From Polyangiaceae bacterium (lineage in GTDB: Bacteria; Myxococcota_A; Polyangia; Polyangiales; Polyangiaceae), in assembly GCA_033763455.1 (NCBI GenBank), contig JANRKO010000041.1:1-46951 (forward strand): DNA of 46,951 nt, read 5' to 3'. The translations under genes and the position numbers were made by a program. Positions 7,999-16,894 of this stretch are shown here, piece by piece (within the stretch, counting starts at the first letter, position 1; every line of letters starts with the position of its first letter). The notes under the pieces are model-generated. The model did not search any database, was not told the origin of the DNA, and was given only the letters and a program-made list of their open reading frames with translations.

Positions 7999-8880
7999 AT
8001 GTACGACTACCCCAACGCTGGCCTCACCACTTACATCTCCAGAGTTAATCGGACGCCGAAGCTTGAACGCGAAGAGGAGCGAGCTCTTGCGGTTAAGTGG
8101 CAAAAGGAGCGCGACAAGAAGGCAGCCAACCGGTTAATCGAAGCCCATCTTCCCTTTGTGGTTGCGATGGCAAAACGCTACCAACGCTACAACGTGCCGC
8201 TCGCCGATCTGATTGGAGAGGGGAATTTTGCACTGCTTGAGGCGATTGACCGCTATGAGCCGGAGCGCGATCTTCGGTTCGTCACCTACGCGGCTTTCTG
8301 GGTGCGTGCGCGAATCGTGGGTGTGGTGCTGCGCAACTTCAGCGTGGCACGAAGCGGCAGGGGAGCTCTCAAGAGCCGCATCTTCTTCAAGCTGCGCAGG
8401 GAGCGAGCCAAGAGCCTGAATCGCTTCGGAGAGTCAGAAGCAGCTATCGCCGACGTAGCCAATTCGCTCGCGATGCCGGTGGAAAAGGTGCGTGATTTGT
8501 TGCGTCAACTGGATAACACCGATGTTTCGATGGATATGCCGACAGGGCCCGAGGGGCGCTCCTTGTTGGACACGCTTTCCGCAGAAGACGTTTCGCAAGA
8601 GACTACCTTCTCGCGCTCTCAGCAATCTTCCTTCCAGCAAGAGCTGGTAAGCAAAGCACTTTTGTGCCTGGATACGCGCGAGCGCTACATCGCCGAGGCT
8701 CGGCTGCTCTCGGATACGGAAGCCGAAGTTACGTTGGCAGAGATCGGGCGTCGGCTTGGTATTTCGCGGGAGCGGGTGCGCCAGCTGGAAGAGCGGGCCA
8801 AGGCAAAGCTCCGGAACGCAGTTGAGCGAATTGGGGTCGAGCTCGGTCAGGACCCTCGCGAAGCTCTCTGCGCAGCCTAA
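7999..8880 (+). CDS. RNA polymerase sigma factor, RpoH/sigma-32 family
   Basis: Region 2 DLIGEGN...RFVTYAAFWVRA, RpoH-box-like SRIFFKLRR, region 4 TLAEIGRRLGISRERVRQLE. Confidence 0.9.
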   Translation: MYDYPNAGLTTYISRVNRTPKLEREEERALAVKWQKERDKKAANRLIEAHLPFVVAMAKRYQRYNVPLADLIGEGNFALLEAIDRYEPERDLRFVTYAAFWVRARIVGVVLRNFSVARSGRGALKSRIFFKLRRERAKSLNRFGESEAAIADVANSLAMPVEKVRDLLRQLDNTDVSMDMPTGPEGRSLLDTLSAEDVSQETTFSRSQQSSFQQELVSKALLCLDTRERYIAEARLLSDTEAEVTLAEIGRRLGISRERVRQLEERAKAKLRNAVERIGVELGQDPREALCAA

Positions 8881-9012
8881 ATAGCCACCCGGGCAGCGCC
8901 AATGTTGCTCGCCCACCCAAGCACCTACGGCGTGTAGCCGTTCGTCCCCTTCCTAGCGCGCGCCAGGCTCGGCTACGCTCCTCCGTGGAAGGCTAAAGCT
9001 GGCAACGGGATC

Positions 9013-10659
9013 ATGAAGCGCCGACACATCGCAAGTGGCGTACTTGGAGTCTGCGCTTTTCTGGGTGGGTGGTTGCAGTTGCCTCTCTTCTCTTTCGGAA
9101 GAGATCAGTCGATCTACGCACTCGTTGGCGAAGGCCTCTTGCACGGCAAGCTACCTTATCGGGATCTTTGGGACTTCAAGCCCCCCGGGATCTTCTTTGC
9201 GTACGGGCTCGCGCAGGCGCTGTTCGGTAAAACGATGCTGGCGCCGCGCATTCTTGAAATGGCCGGCATGGCGGTGCTCGCGCTAAGCTTTGTGTTTCTC
9301 GCGCAGCGCTGGGTTGGCTCTGTATTGGTGGGTGTGTGGTCGGCAGCACTTGCGATGTTCGTCCACAGCCAACTTGATTTTTGGCACACCGCTCAGCCAG
9401 AAACATTCGGGGCCGTGCTGACGGTGTTGGGGTTGGCACTCATGGTGCACTCACAAAGCGCACGCTGGCCTTGGGTCTACTGGGTAGCCTTGGGGATTGC
9501 CTTCGGGGTGGCGGGCCTGATGAAGCCGCACCTCGTCGCTGGTGGAGTGGTTTTGGCGGCTTTTTTGGCTGCTGAGCGCTATCTTCAGCGGCGGAGCTTT
9601 TGGCAAAGCTGCTTTCCCGTCTTGGCCGTTGGTGCCGGATCCCTTCTGCCTATTTTGGTCACAGGTTTTTGGTTCTGGGCTAAAGGCGCCTGGCCCGCAC
9701 TTTCTTGGACGCTGTTCGAATTTGCTCCGGGCTACACCGCTCTCACCTACCACAATGCAACTTCGTTGCGGCTTTTCTACTCGGCGATAGAGGAAGGTTG
9801 TTTTAGATTCTCGGCGATTGTCGCGGTGGGGCTCGTGCTGGCATTCGCTCTTCCTGCGCAGCACCGCCGGGAACGGGAGGGCTTGTTCCTGCTTGTGGGT
9901 ATTTGCTGCGTGCACTTTTCTGGCATCGCGATGCAGAGCAAATTCTACCAATATCATTTTTCCGCAACGCTACCGTTGCTGTGCTTCATCGCTGTGGTTG
10001 GCCTTGCCAAGCTGTGGCGGCGAACGCTTCTTTGGGGGCCAAGAGGTGCACTCGCCTTTTGTTCTGCGCTTGGGCTTTTGGCGCTGATGCGCGTAGCCAC
10101 GAACGACACCCCCTTGGGTTACTGGGCTCGTGCGTCTGAGCGCCTTAGGTTTTTGGTATCCGCTTCTAGCTTTCCCAACCGTGAAGCTCTAGATACAGGG
10201 CTCTATCGCGTAGGCGGATTCAACCTCGCTGATAACCAGCAAATTGCGGCGCGTGTGGCCAAGCTTTCTCGGCCGAGCGATACCGTGTTTGTTTGGGGTT
10301 TTGAGCCATCTATTTACTGGTTTTCCGAACGCAGCCCGGCTTCACGTTTCATCTACAACGTGCCTCAGCGCGCTTCTTGGCAGGGCGCCGAAGCTCAGGC
10401 CAGCCTCATGCGCGATCTCGAAAGAACACGGCCCCAGGTCCTAGTGGTTCAGCGCGGCGATATCATTCCTTCTGTTGTCGGTAACAACCTCGATTCGGAT
10501 CACTTCCTGACTGAATTCCCTGCACTCTCGCAGTTCGTGACGCACCATTACCTACAAACCTATGGAACCGCCCGGTTCGATGTTTACCAGCGAGTGCCCG
10601 GTATTGGCACGCTTTCCGCAGCACCGATTAGGTCCCTTTCCGGAACCAATCCAGGATAA
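9013..10659 (+). CDS. GT-C fold (GT39/ArnT-like) membrane glycosyltransferase
   Basis: RDQSIY...LPYRDLWDFKPPG, multiple TM segments, C-terminal VFVWGFEPSIY. Confidence 0.85.
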   Translation: MKRRHIASGVLGVCAFLGGWLQLPLFSFGRDQSIYALVGEGLLHGKLPYRDLWDFKPPGIFFAYGLAQALFGKTMLAPRILEMAGMAVLALSFVFLAQRWVGSVLVGVWSAALAMFVHSQLDFWHTAQPETFGAVLTVLGLALMVHSQSARWPWVYWVALGIAFGVAGLMKPHLVAGGVVLAAFLAAERYLQRRSFWQSCFPVLAVGAGSLLPILVTGFWFWAKGAWPALSWTLFEFAPGYTALTYHNATSLRLFYSAIEEGCFRFSAIVAVGLVLAFALPAQHRREREGLFLLVGICCVHFSGIAMQSKFYQYHFSATLPLLCFIAVVGLAKLWRRTLLWGPRGALAFCSALGLLALMRVATNDTPLGYWARASERLRFLVSASSFPNREALDTGLYRVGGFNLADNQQIAARVAKLSRPSDTVFVWGFEPSIYWFSERSPASRFIYNVPQRASWQGAEAQASLMRDLERTRPQVLVVQRGDIIPSVVGNNLDSDHFLTEFPALSQFVTHHYLQTYGTARFDVYQRVPGIGTLSAAPIRSLSGTNPG

Positions 10660-10662
10660 GCC

Positions 10663-11121
10663 ATGCCGAAACGAAGCGCTGGCGTACTTCTCTACCGCGG
10701 ACACGGTGCTGCCTTGGAAGTGCTTTTGGTGCATCCTGGAGGGCCGTTCTGGGCTAACCGCGACGACGGAGCCTGGACTATCCCCAAAGGAGAGCTACTG
10801 GAAAATGAACCCCTGTTAACCGGCGCGCAACGCGAATTCCTTGAAGAAACAGGACATACGGTCTCTGGAACGTTTACGCCACTTGGGTCTGTCCGGCTGA
10901 AGAGCGGTAAAATTGTGTATGCGTTTTGCGTCGAAGGGGATCTGGATCCAGCCACCGTTCGCAGCAACTTATTCGAAGCCGAATGGCCACCGCGTTCCGG
11001 GAAAATTCGAAAGTTCCCCGAAGTCGATCGCGCGGGATTTTTTGGGTTGGAAGCCGCACGAGTGAAGCTCCATCCTGGTCAGCTGCCGTTCTTGGAGCGG
11101 CTCTTAAGCCACCTTCTGTGA
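10663..11121 (+). CDS. NUDIX hydrolase (COG4119-like)
   Basis: LLVHPGGPFW, WTIPKGE...AQREFLEETG, EWPPRSG...FPEVDR. Confidence 0.92.
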   Translation: MPKRSAGVLLYRGHGAALEVLLVHPGGPFWANRDDGAWTIPKGELLENEPLLTGAQREFLEETGHTVSGTFTPLGSVRLKSGKIVYAFCVEGDLDPATVRSNLFEAEWPPRSGKIRKFPEVDRAGFFGLEAARVKLHPGQLPFLERLLSHLL

Positions 11122-11124
11122 ATT

Positions 11125-11709
11125 GTGGAAAGGCGGCTCAACCAAGCGTGTTGGCTCCAATATGAGCCCAACTGGCTGTCGCCAGAGGCGGCGGCTCTGG
11201 CCTTCGAGCAGCTGCGTACGGGGCTCAGTTGGGAACAGAAAGACATTGTGATGTTTGGCAAACACGTCCGCCAGCCAAGGCTTATCGCCTGGGCAGGAGC
11301 CCTACCGTACCGCTACTCACACCAAACACTGCCCCCTCGTGAGTTCACGGCCCCGTTGACGGAACTTCTGAGCGCGGTCAATCACTTCACCCGCTGTGAT
11401 TTCAACCACCTACTACTCAACCGCTACCGCGACGAAAACGACAGCATGGGCTTCCACGCAGACAACGAACCTGAGCTCGGCCCCGACCCCATCGTGGCCA
11501 CCCTTTCGCTGGGTGGAGAGCGCCTATTTAAACTGATTCCCGTGCAGAAGTCCCTGGGACAAACCGCCAGCATGCTGCTTCACGCCGGTAGCTTGCTCGT
11601 CATGCGCGGCGCGTGTCAGCGTGAATTTCGTCACGGTATTCCCAAAAGCTCCCGGCCCACGCAAGAGCGGATTAGCGTCACTTTTAGGACGTTGCTTCGA
11701 GCGCCTTGA
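11125..11709 (+). CDS. AlkB-family 2OG-Fe(II) dioxygenase (ALKBH2/3-like)
   Basis: LLNRYRDENDSMGFHADNE, HGIPK, RISVTFR. Confidence 0.92.
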   Translation: MERRLNQACWLQYEPNWLSPEAAALAFEQLRTGLSWEQKDIVMFGKHVRQPRLIAWAGALPYRYSHQTLPPREFTAPLTELLSAVNHFTRCDFNHLLLNRYRDENDSMGFHADNEPELGPDPIVATLSLGGERLFKLIPVQKSLGQTASMLLHAGSLLVMRGACQREFRHGIPKSSRPTQERISVTFRTLLRAP

Positions 11710-11761
11710 ACCCACGCTCGAGTACATTCGCGTCAATACTGAGATCTGGCAAGAGTATGAG

Positions 11762-12913
11762 TCAGGACTTGGCCGCTCCGCGCAGGCGTGCAATCAATTC
11801 CGATATCTCTTTTTCCGTCCGGAACGGGTTCATTGCGCATAGCACACTGCGAGACGCGATATCGATCGAGCGGGCGCACATATCCACGGTGTAGTCCTTG
11901 CGGCAACCTTCGTTCGCTGGAAGAAGAAATGGATCGAGCAGCGGATGATGTGCGCCCCGCTTCTCCAGCACTGGAGCCCAACGCGTATAGAGGTGCCGCC
12001 CGGTTTCACTCACCACTGGCCCCTCGGTTTTGGCGGCGAAGCGACTCGCCGCCACCGCCGTTTCAAATTGAAACACAATGTTAGTGGCGCACTCATCGTG
12101 AGGGCTGTGCACTGGCGCACTCCTCAGGCAATCTTCGGTTTCGGCCAAAACCCGCGCCTTGTGCTCTCGCATTACCTTCAGCCAGTTTGGCAAACGCTGA
12201 AGCTGGGCCCTCAAGATAGCGCCTTCGAATTCACTCGCGCGCGATGAATTTGAAGCAAAGCCTCGAAATCCATTCGTAGTGCCGTTCCAAAAATAGTTGC
12301 AGCAATCCACCGCGCAGCGCATGCGCTCAAATACTCCCGGATCCGACGTGCTCACAGCTCCACCCTCACCCGCGGTTATGTTCTTAAAGTGGTTGAAGCT
12401 GAAAGCCCCCGCGTGCCCCAGGCTCCCCAGCATTTTTCCCTGATAAGCACCGCCCGCCGCCTGGCAAACATCCTCCAACACCAAGAGGTTCCGATCCTTG
12501 GCAATCCTCAAGATGGCTCCCATATCCGCACTGAGTCCCCACATGTGCACCGGCATCACCGCCCGGGTGCGAGGCCCGATCGCGCGCTCCAACGCGGAAG
12601 GATCGAGCGTCAAGCTGGTATCAACATCCACGATGACGGGTATCGCCCCCGCCGAAAGCACGGACGTGGCCGTCGCCATGTACGTGACCGCAGGCACGAT
12701 TACCTCATCACCCGGGCCGATGCCGAGACCGATAAGGCTCGCTACAAGAGCCGCCGTGCCGCTTGAGCAGAGGAGTACATGGGGCACTCCCAGATATTCG
12801 GCGAAGCTCTGCTCGAAAGCAGCGCACTCGCTCGGTTCATAATAACGAAATGCCTGCCCCTTTCGAACCACACGACCAAGGGCTTCAAGTTCCGGATCTC
12901 CAAGTTCAAACAT
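11762..12913 (-). CDS. DegT/DnrJ/EryC1/StrS PLP aminotransferase
   Basis: SSGTAAL, GPGDEVIVP, EDVCQA, SFNHFKNITAGEGG. Confidence 0.92.
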   Translation of the reverse strand: MFELGDPELEALGRVVRKGQAFRYYEPSECAAFEQSFAEYLGVPHVLLCSSGTAALVASLIGLGIGPGDEVIVPAVTYMATATSVLSAGAIPVIVDVDTSLTLDPSALERAIGPRTRAVMPVHMWGLSADMGAILRIAKDRNLLVLEDVCQAAGGAYQGKMLGSLGHAGAFSFNHFKNITAGEGGAVSTSDPGVFERMRCAVDCCNYFWNGTTNGFRGFASNSSRASEFEGAILRAQLQRLPNWLKVMREHKARVLAETEDCLRSAPVHSPHDECATNIVFQFETAVAASRFAAKTEGPVVSETGRHLYTRWAPVLEKRGAHHPLLDPFLLPANEGCRKDYTVDMCARSIDIASRSVLCAMNPFRTEKEISELIARLRGAAKS

Positions 12914-13080
12914 GCACTATTCTTCCTTCGAGGGTTGCTCCAAAGCTTGCAGGGATATGGAGTTTTCGCCATGGAGAAAGCCCCCGTCGCCTGGACTTTC
13001 ATACGATAGTATTTGACCAAGCTCAGGATCCACCATCGGACAACCGCCAAAGATGTGCCATATTTGCCGCCACCCAGCCT

Positions 13081-14070
13081 ATGTCACTCTACCTTGCGCC
13101 AGACGAAGCCGCTTCGCACATGGATGAACTTCCAGACGGTGGCCCTTGGCTGCGCAGAACCATTAGTGTGTTATCTGGCGCCGATGCCTTCGAACAGACA
13201 CCGGAAGGCTTGCTTGCATCAGGTGTTGAGCGCACACGGCAGGCTCCAGAAACCGCCAACCAATGGACAGGGGGAATGCAAGAGCACGATTCGTTGGAAA
13301 TGGCGGTAGCCATTTCCGGCGCTGGGGTGCTCGACGTTGGCACCACGCGGTTTCGCTTTGGCGCGCCCGCAGTGGCAGTCATTAGCTCCGGCCTTCTGCA
13401 CTCGGAAGGGTTCTCCTCGAAGGCGCGTGACTACGCTTCCGTGTGGTTCGGCCTTACAGGAAACGACCGCATACAAGTACACGTCTCAGCGTATTACCCA
13501 GCCACAGGTTGGGCCTGCCCCTGGTCGATAGAGCTCCCGACACGTGCAAGCGCTCGGCTGCTCCCGTGGTTTCGTCCGCCTGCGTCGCAAAAAACAGTGG
13601 AGCTTGAGCCACTCCGCGCCGAGCTGCTTTGGGCCCTCGCCGACCTTCACCGAGAAGTGCAGCGGCAGCCCAAAAAGCCCAGGGATACCGGCAAATTAGC
13701 GCCGGGAGCTGGCCACCGCCGGGTTCTTTTGTGGGTCCGGGGTTACCTCGACCGCCACTATCGGCGCCAGGTAACCGTCACCGAAGTCGCCAAGCTTACC
13801 CGCTATTCCCCCAACTACTTAGACGCACTCTTTAGCGGCTGGCTCGGCATGGGCATTCACCAATACTTGATCTCGCGGCGCATGGATGAAGCGTATCGAT
13901 TGTGTCAGTCTTCAGATCTTGCAATCCAAGCCATAGCCGCCAGCGTAGGCTATGAGGATGCGTTCTACTTTAGTCGTGCCTTTCGCCGTTACCACGGAAA
14001 GTCTCCTTCCGAGGCACAAGATAAGCCTCGTCGGCGGCAACGCACCACGGCTCTCACCACTCGATCGTAA
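13081..14070 (+). CDS. AraC family transcriptional regulator
   Basis: Cupin-like N-terminal region; C-terminal IAASVGYEDAFYFSRAFRRYHGKSPSE. ATG 13081 avoids overlap with the divergent gene. Confidence 0.88.
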   Translation: MSLYLAPDEAASHMDELPDGGPWLRRTISVLSGADAFEQTPEGLLASGVERTRQAPETANQWTGGMQEHDSLEMAVAISGAGVLDVGTTRFRFGAPAVAVISSGLLHSEGFSSKARDYASVWFGLTGNDRIQVHVSAYYPATGWACPWSIELPTRASARLLPWFRPPASQKTVELEPLRAELLWALADLHREVQRQPKKPRDTGKLAPGAGHRRVLLWVRGYLDRHYRRQVTVTEVAKLTRYSPNYLDALFSGWLGMGIHQYLISRRMDEAYRLCQSSDLAIQAIAASVGYEDAFYFSRAFRRYHGKSPSEAQDKPRRRQRTTALTTRS

Positions 14071-16795
14071 GATCGCGAACGCGACTTTTGTCTGTGCCCA
14101 TACCCTCTGCGTACACCAAACGGTCTCCCGCCAAGAGCAGCGAAGCCTGTGTTTGCACGGGCCCGCTGAGCTGCAAGAGTTGCTTGGTAGTGGTCGCCGC
14201 TCCTAGCCCGTCCACAGCCACCAGCACACCCGTGTGGTCGTCAGTTTTCAGGAGCGCCACGGCGCGGCAAGTTCGGCCGCAATCGAGCGCAAAGCCGTGC
14301 ACTTTCCCCACTGGCAGAACGACGGGAACCCCGTTTTTCTGCAGGCTTCCGTCGGGCAATAGCTTACCGAATCGAATCTGTGCGGAAGGCACCTCGGAGG
14401 AAGATTGTTCGATCCATGCAAGTTCAGTATCTCCTCCGAAGACCGCGAGCTGGGGTAGAATAGAGGCGCCCACGGACTCAAATACACGCGCTTCGTTGCG
14501 ACGCACACTGAGCTTTGAAGTGTCCAGCACTGTCGAATAAATGTCTGGGCCCGCCTTCTCGTTCGCACCATCCGACCACGCCACAAGCAGGCCATCGGCC
14601 GTGTTCTGAAAATGCAACGATGTGGCCTGGCCCGGCGTGTGAGATACTCGGACTTCGGGGGCCATGTTAACCAACTTGTAATTGATCTTGGTGACGTAGA
14701 CCTCACGGTCTCCATCGCGATTGTCCACCCAGCCAACTACCCACCCACTGTCTGTATGAATAGCGGCGACGTCTGACGGGGCCTCCGAAAGCCGCGTCAA
14801 CATTCGCTGTTTCACGCGCATACCTCGCTCATCTAGCAGCGTTACAAACACCTGAGGTTTACCTGCGTCGAGAGCTGACCAGACTAACAAAGACTCACGG
14901 CTAGGGCCCGAAGCAAGCGCCACGCCAGCGGCAGAATGCGCGCGATACGAAACCACCCCCTGTTGGGGTAATCCCGTGGGAGAAGCCTTGCCAAAAGAGC
15001 CCAGAGGGGCCCCCGACAAAGGCTTGATGGAGAGTTCCGCGCGCACCGGCTCAAGCTTTCCGTCAGGGGCAGGCGCTTTAGGCTTCTCGTACGGGATCTC
15101 TGGGTCAAAGTAGGTAAGCTGAGCCAAAAGCGGCCCAGAAGGACCGAGTACCCAATCAACGTCTGCGAGGGGAGCTGCCACGTCCCCAACCACCGTATTT
15201 GCCGCTACGCGAGGCCGGGGCTCTGGATCGATTCGGTGTGCAATAGAGCGAAAGGGCGTAGCTTGCGCCTTGATTGCAACCGAATACACAGGCGAAAGCT
15301 GACCTGCCGTGGCTCCAAGTACCGTGCAGCCAGGCGGCGCACAGCTCAAGTTCCAAGCTAACGGCAAATAGGCTCCGCCCAGAGCCTCAAGGGCCAACGG
15401 GCCAGAACTCGTGACGCTCAGATCTTCAGCCAATTGCACCAAGGTGGGCACATCGGACCTCTCGCACTTACCCTCGTTACTACACAAGCGACCAGGCACG
15501 AGCAGAGCGAGCCCCGTGCTGCTTGCACTCGCCTCAAGCTCCCAGCGTTCGCTTTGCGCAGTTTCTACTGTTACACTGGGCTCACTCAATGAGCCGTCAT
15601 CATGCAGGCTTCGCACACGCACCTCCCGCACCGAATTGGGGCTAGGCGATTTTTCTTCCCAGATAGCGTAGGCGCGGTCGCGGTTGAAACTTGGAACGAG
15701 CTTCAACAGGCTCTGCTCACCTGTGGGCGCACCGAGCGGTTGAGGCTCGTGAAGCACTACCCCCTCCTGATTCATCACTGACCACTTAATGCGCCCCTCT
15801 CCGCTCTCGATATCCGACCAACTGACGAGCAAATTGTTAGCTAACGGCGCTAAGTCCAAGTCGAGATTGGCTGTCGGGGCTTTCGCCAATACCGTGGGAA
15901 TCCCGACTTTGGCGCCAGTACCGGTCAAGCGCAAGACCTGGACGCTGCCCCGCGTTTTCACCCCCACCTGGCCCTGCACCATCCCGAGCGCAGCTCCTTG
16001 CCCGAAGGGCACCACCTGCCAGGACCTCACATCCCGGGCGATGCTTTGAGGTGGCCCGCTTGACTCACCTGTAGGCTTCAACTTAACTGCTATTATGTCC
16101 GCCGTTTTCCCACGCGCGCTGGCCCAAAACAAGAGCGGCCCGCCTCCGACATCTAGCACCTCTACCCAATAGATACGCTCCACGTTCTCGTCGAGCGTTG
16201 CGGGCTCACGCAGCCTTTCACCGGCGCTATCCAGAGCCACAAGCTGGATACGGTGCCGCTCCTTGCCCGCTTCCCCCTTGAGACGAGAACTGGTGACTAC
16301 AGCGAACCCTGGTTCTTCTCTTCCCTCCCAGTGCACCACTTTCAGAGCAAGGCGCTCCAGATCCCCTTCGATCTTACCGAAGAGCTTCGGCTCCCCTTGT
16401 TTTTCAAAAGCCGCGGTCAATGGCAGCGCGAAGAGCTCCGTATACCCCGCTTCATTAGCAATAGCCCAAACACTCAAGCCGCCTCCGTTCATGCGTGCCC
16501 AATACGGCCCGAACGTTCCCGGTGGAACGCGTGTGAGTAAGGTGGACGGCAACCCGGAGGACCCGCTTTGGGATCTCAACGCGCGAGGTACAGAAGGCGC
16601 AGGCTCCGTGAGATGGGGTGCGGTTGGAGGCGACGCCGGGGAACGCGGATGAGCGCAACCGGTGAACAACACCAACAACACGCACAACTTATGTAGCCTA
16701 CGCTTTTGCACGTCGGGCAACCTGCCAGGCAGAGGTGAAGGACGCAACAACCCGCTAGAACCCAGCGCTTTCGTGCGAAGCGTGAGCCCGGACAT
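14054..16795 (-). CDS. Large hypothetical lipoprotein (beta-rich)
   Basis: 913-aa ORF with lipobox-like LFTGC and repeated LLVxW strands. Confidence 0.7.
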   Translation of the reverse strand: MSGLTLRTKALGSSGLLRPSPLPGRLPDVQKRRLHKLCVLLVLFTGCAHPRSPASPPTAPHLTEPAPSVPRALRSQSGSSGLPSTLLTRVPPGTFGPYWARMNGGGLSVWAIANEAGYTELFALPLTAAFEKQGEPKLFGKIEGDLERLALKVVHWEGREEPGFAVVTSSRLKGEAGKERHRIQLVALDSAGERLREPATLDENVERIYWVEVLDVGGGPLLFWASARGKTADIIAVKLKPTGESSGPPQSIARDVRSWQVVPFGQGAALGMVQGQVGVKTRGSVQVLRLTGTGAKVGIPTVLAKAPTANLDLDLAPLANNLLVSWSDIESGEGRIKWSVMNQEGVVLHEPQPLGAPTGEQSLLKLVPSFNRDRAYAIWEEKSPSPNSVREVRVRSLHDDGSLSEPSVTVETAQSERWELEASASSTGLALLVPGRLCSNEGKCERSDVPTLVQLAEDLSVTSSGPLALEALGGAYLPLAWNLSCAPPGCTVLGATAGQLSPVYSVAIKAQATPFRSIAHRIDPEPRPRVAANTVVGDVAAPLADVDWVLGPSGPLLAQLTYFDPEIPYEKPKAPAPDGKLEPVRAELSIKPLSGAPLGSFGKASPTGLPQQGVVSYRAHSAAGVALASGPSRESLLVWSALDAGKPQVFVTLLDERGMRVKQRMLTRLSEAPSDVAAIHTDSGWVVGWVDNRDGDREVYVTKINYKLVNMAPEVRVSHTPGQATSLHFQNTADGLLVAWSDGANEKAGPDIYSTVLDTSKLSVRRNEARVFESVGASILPQLAVFGGDTELAWIEQSSSEVPSAQIRFGKLLPDGSLQKNGVPVVLPVGKVHGFALDCGRTCRAVALLKTDDHTGVLVAVDGLGAATTTKQLLQLSGPVQTQASLLLAGDRLVYAEGMGTDKSRVRDLTIEW

Positions 16796-16894
16796 GGCCT
16801 GAGTGGAGCGCTCTGCGCCTCTGAGCGTGACCCGGCCGGTTTCAATCGCGGGGTGTCCTGTGTAAACAGCGAGCTTCGAGTGGAGCCCTGACTA

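Noticed and set aside
12763..13080. Long N-terminal extensions in the ORF track (AraC; likewise AlkA from 21937, kinase from 22794, SppA from 30540, HisF from 34805)
   Set aside because: They overlap neighbouring genes or precede the family-typical start; downstream starts were chosen.
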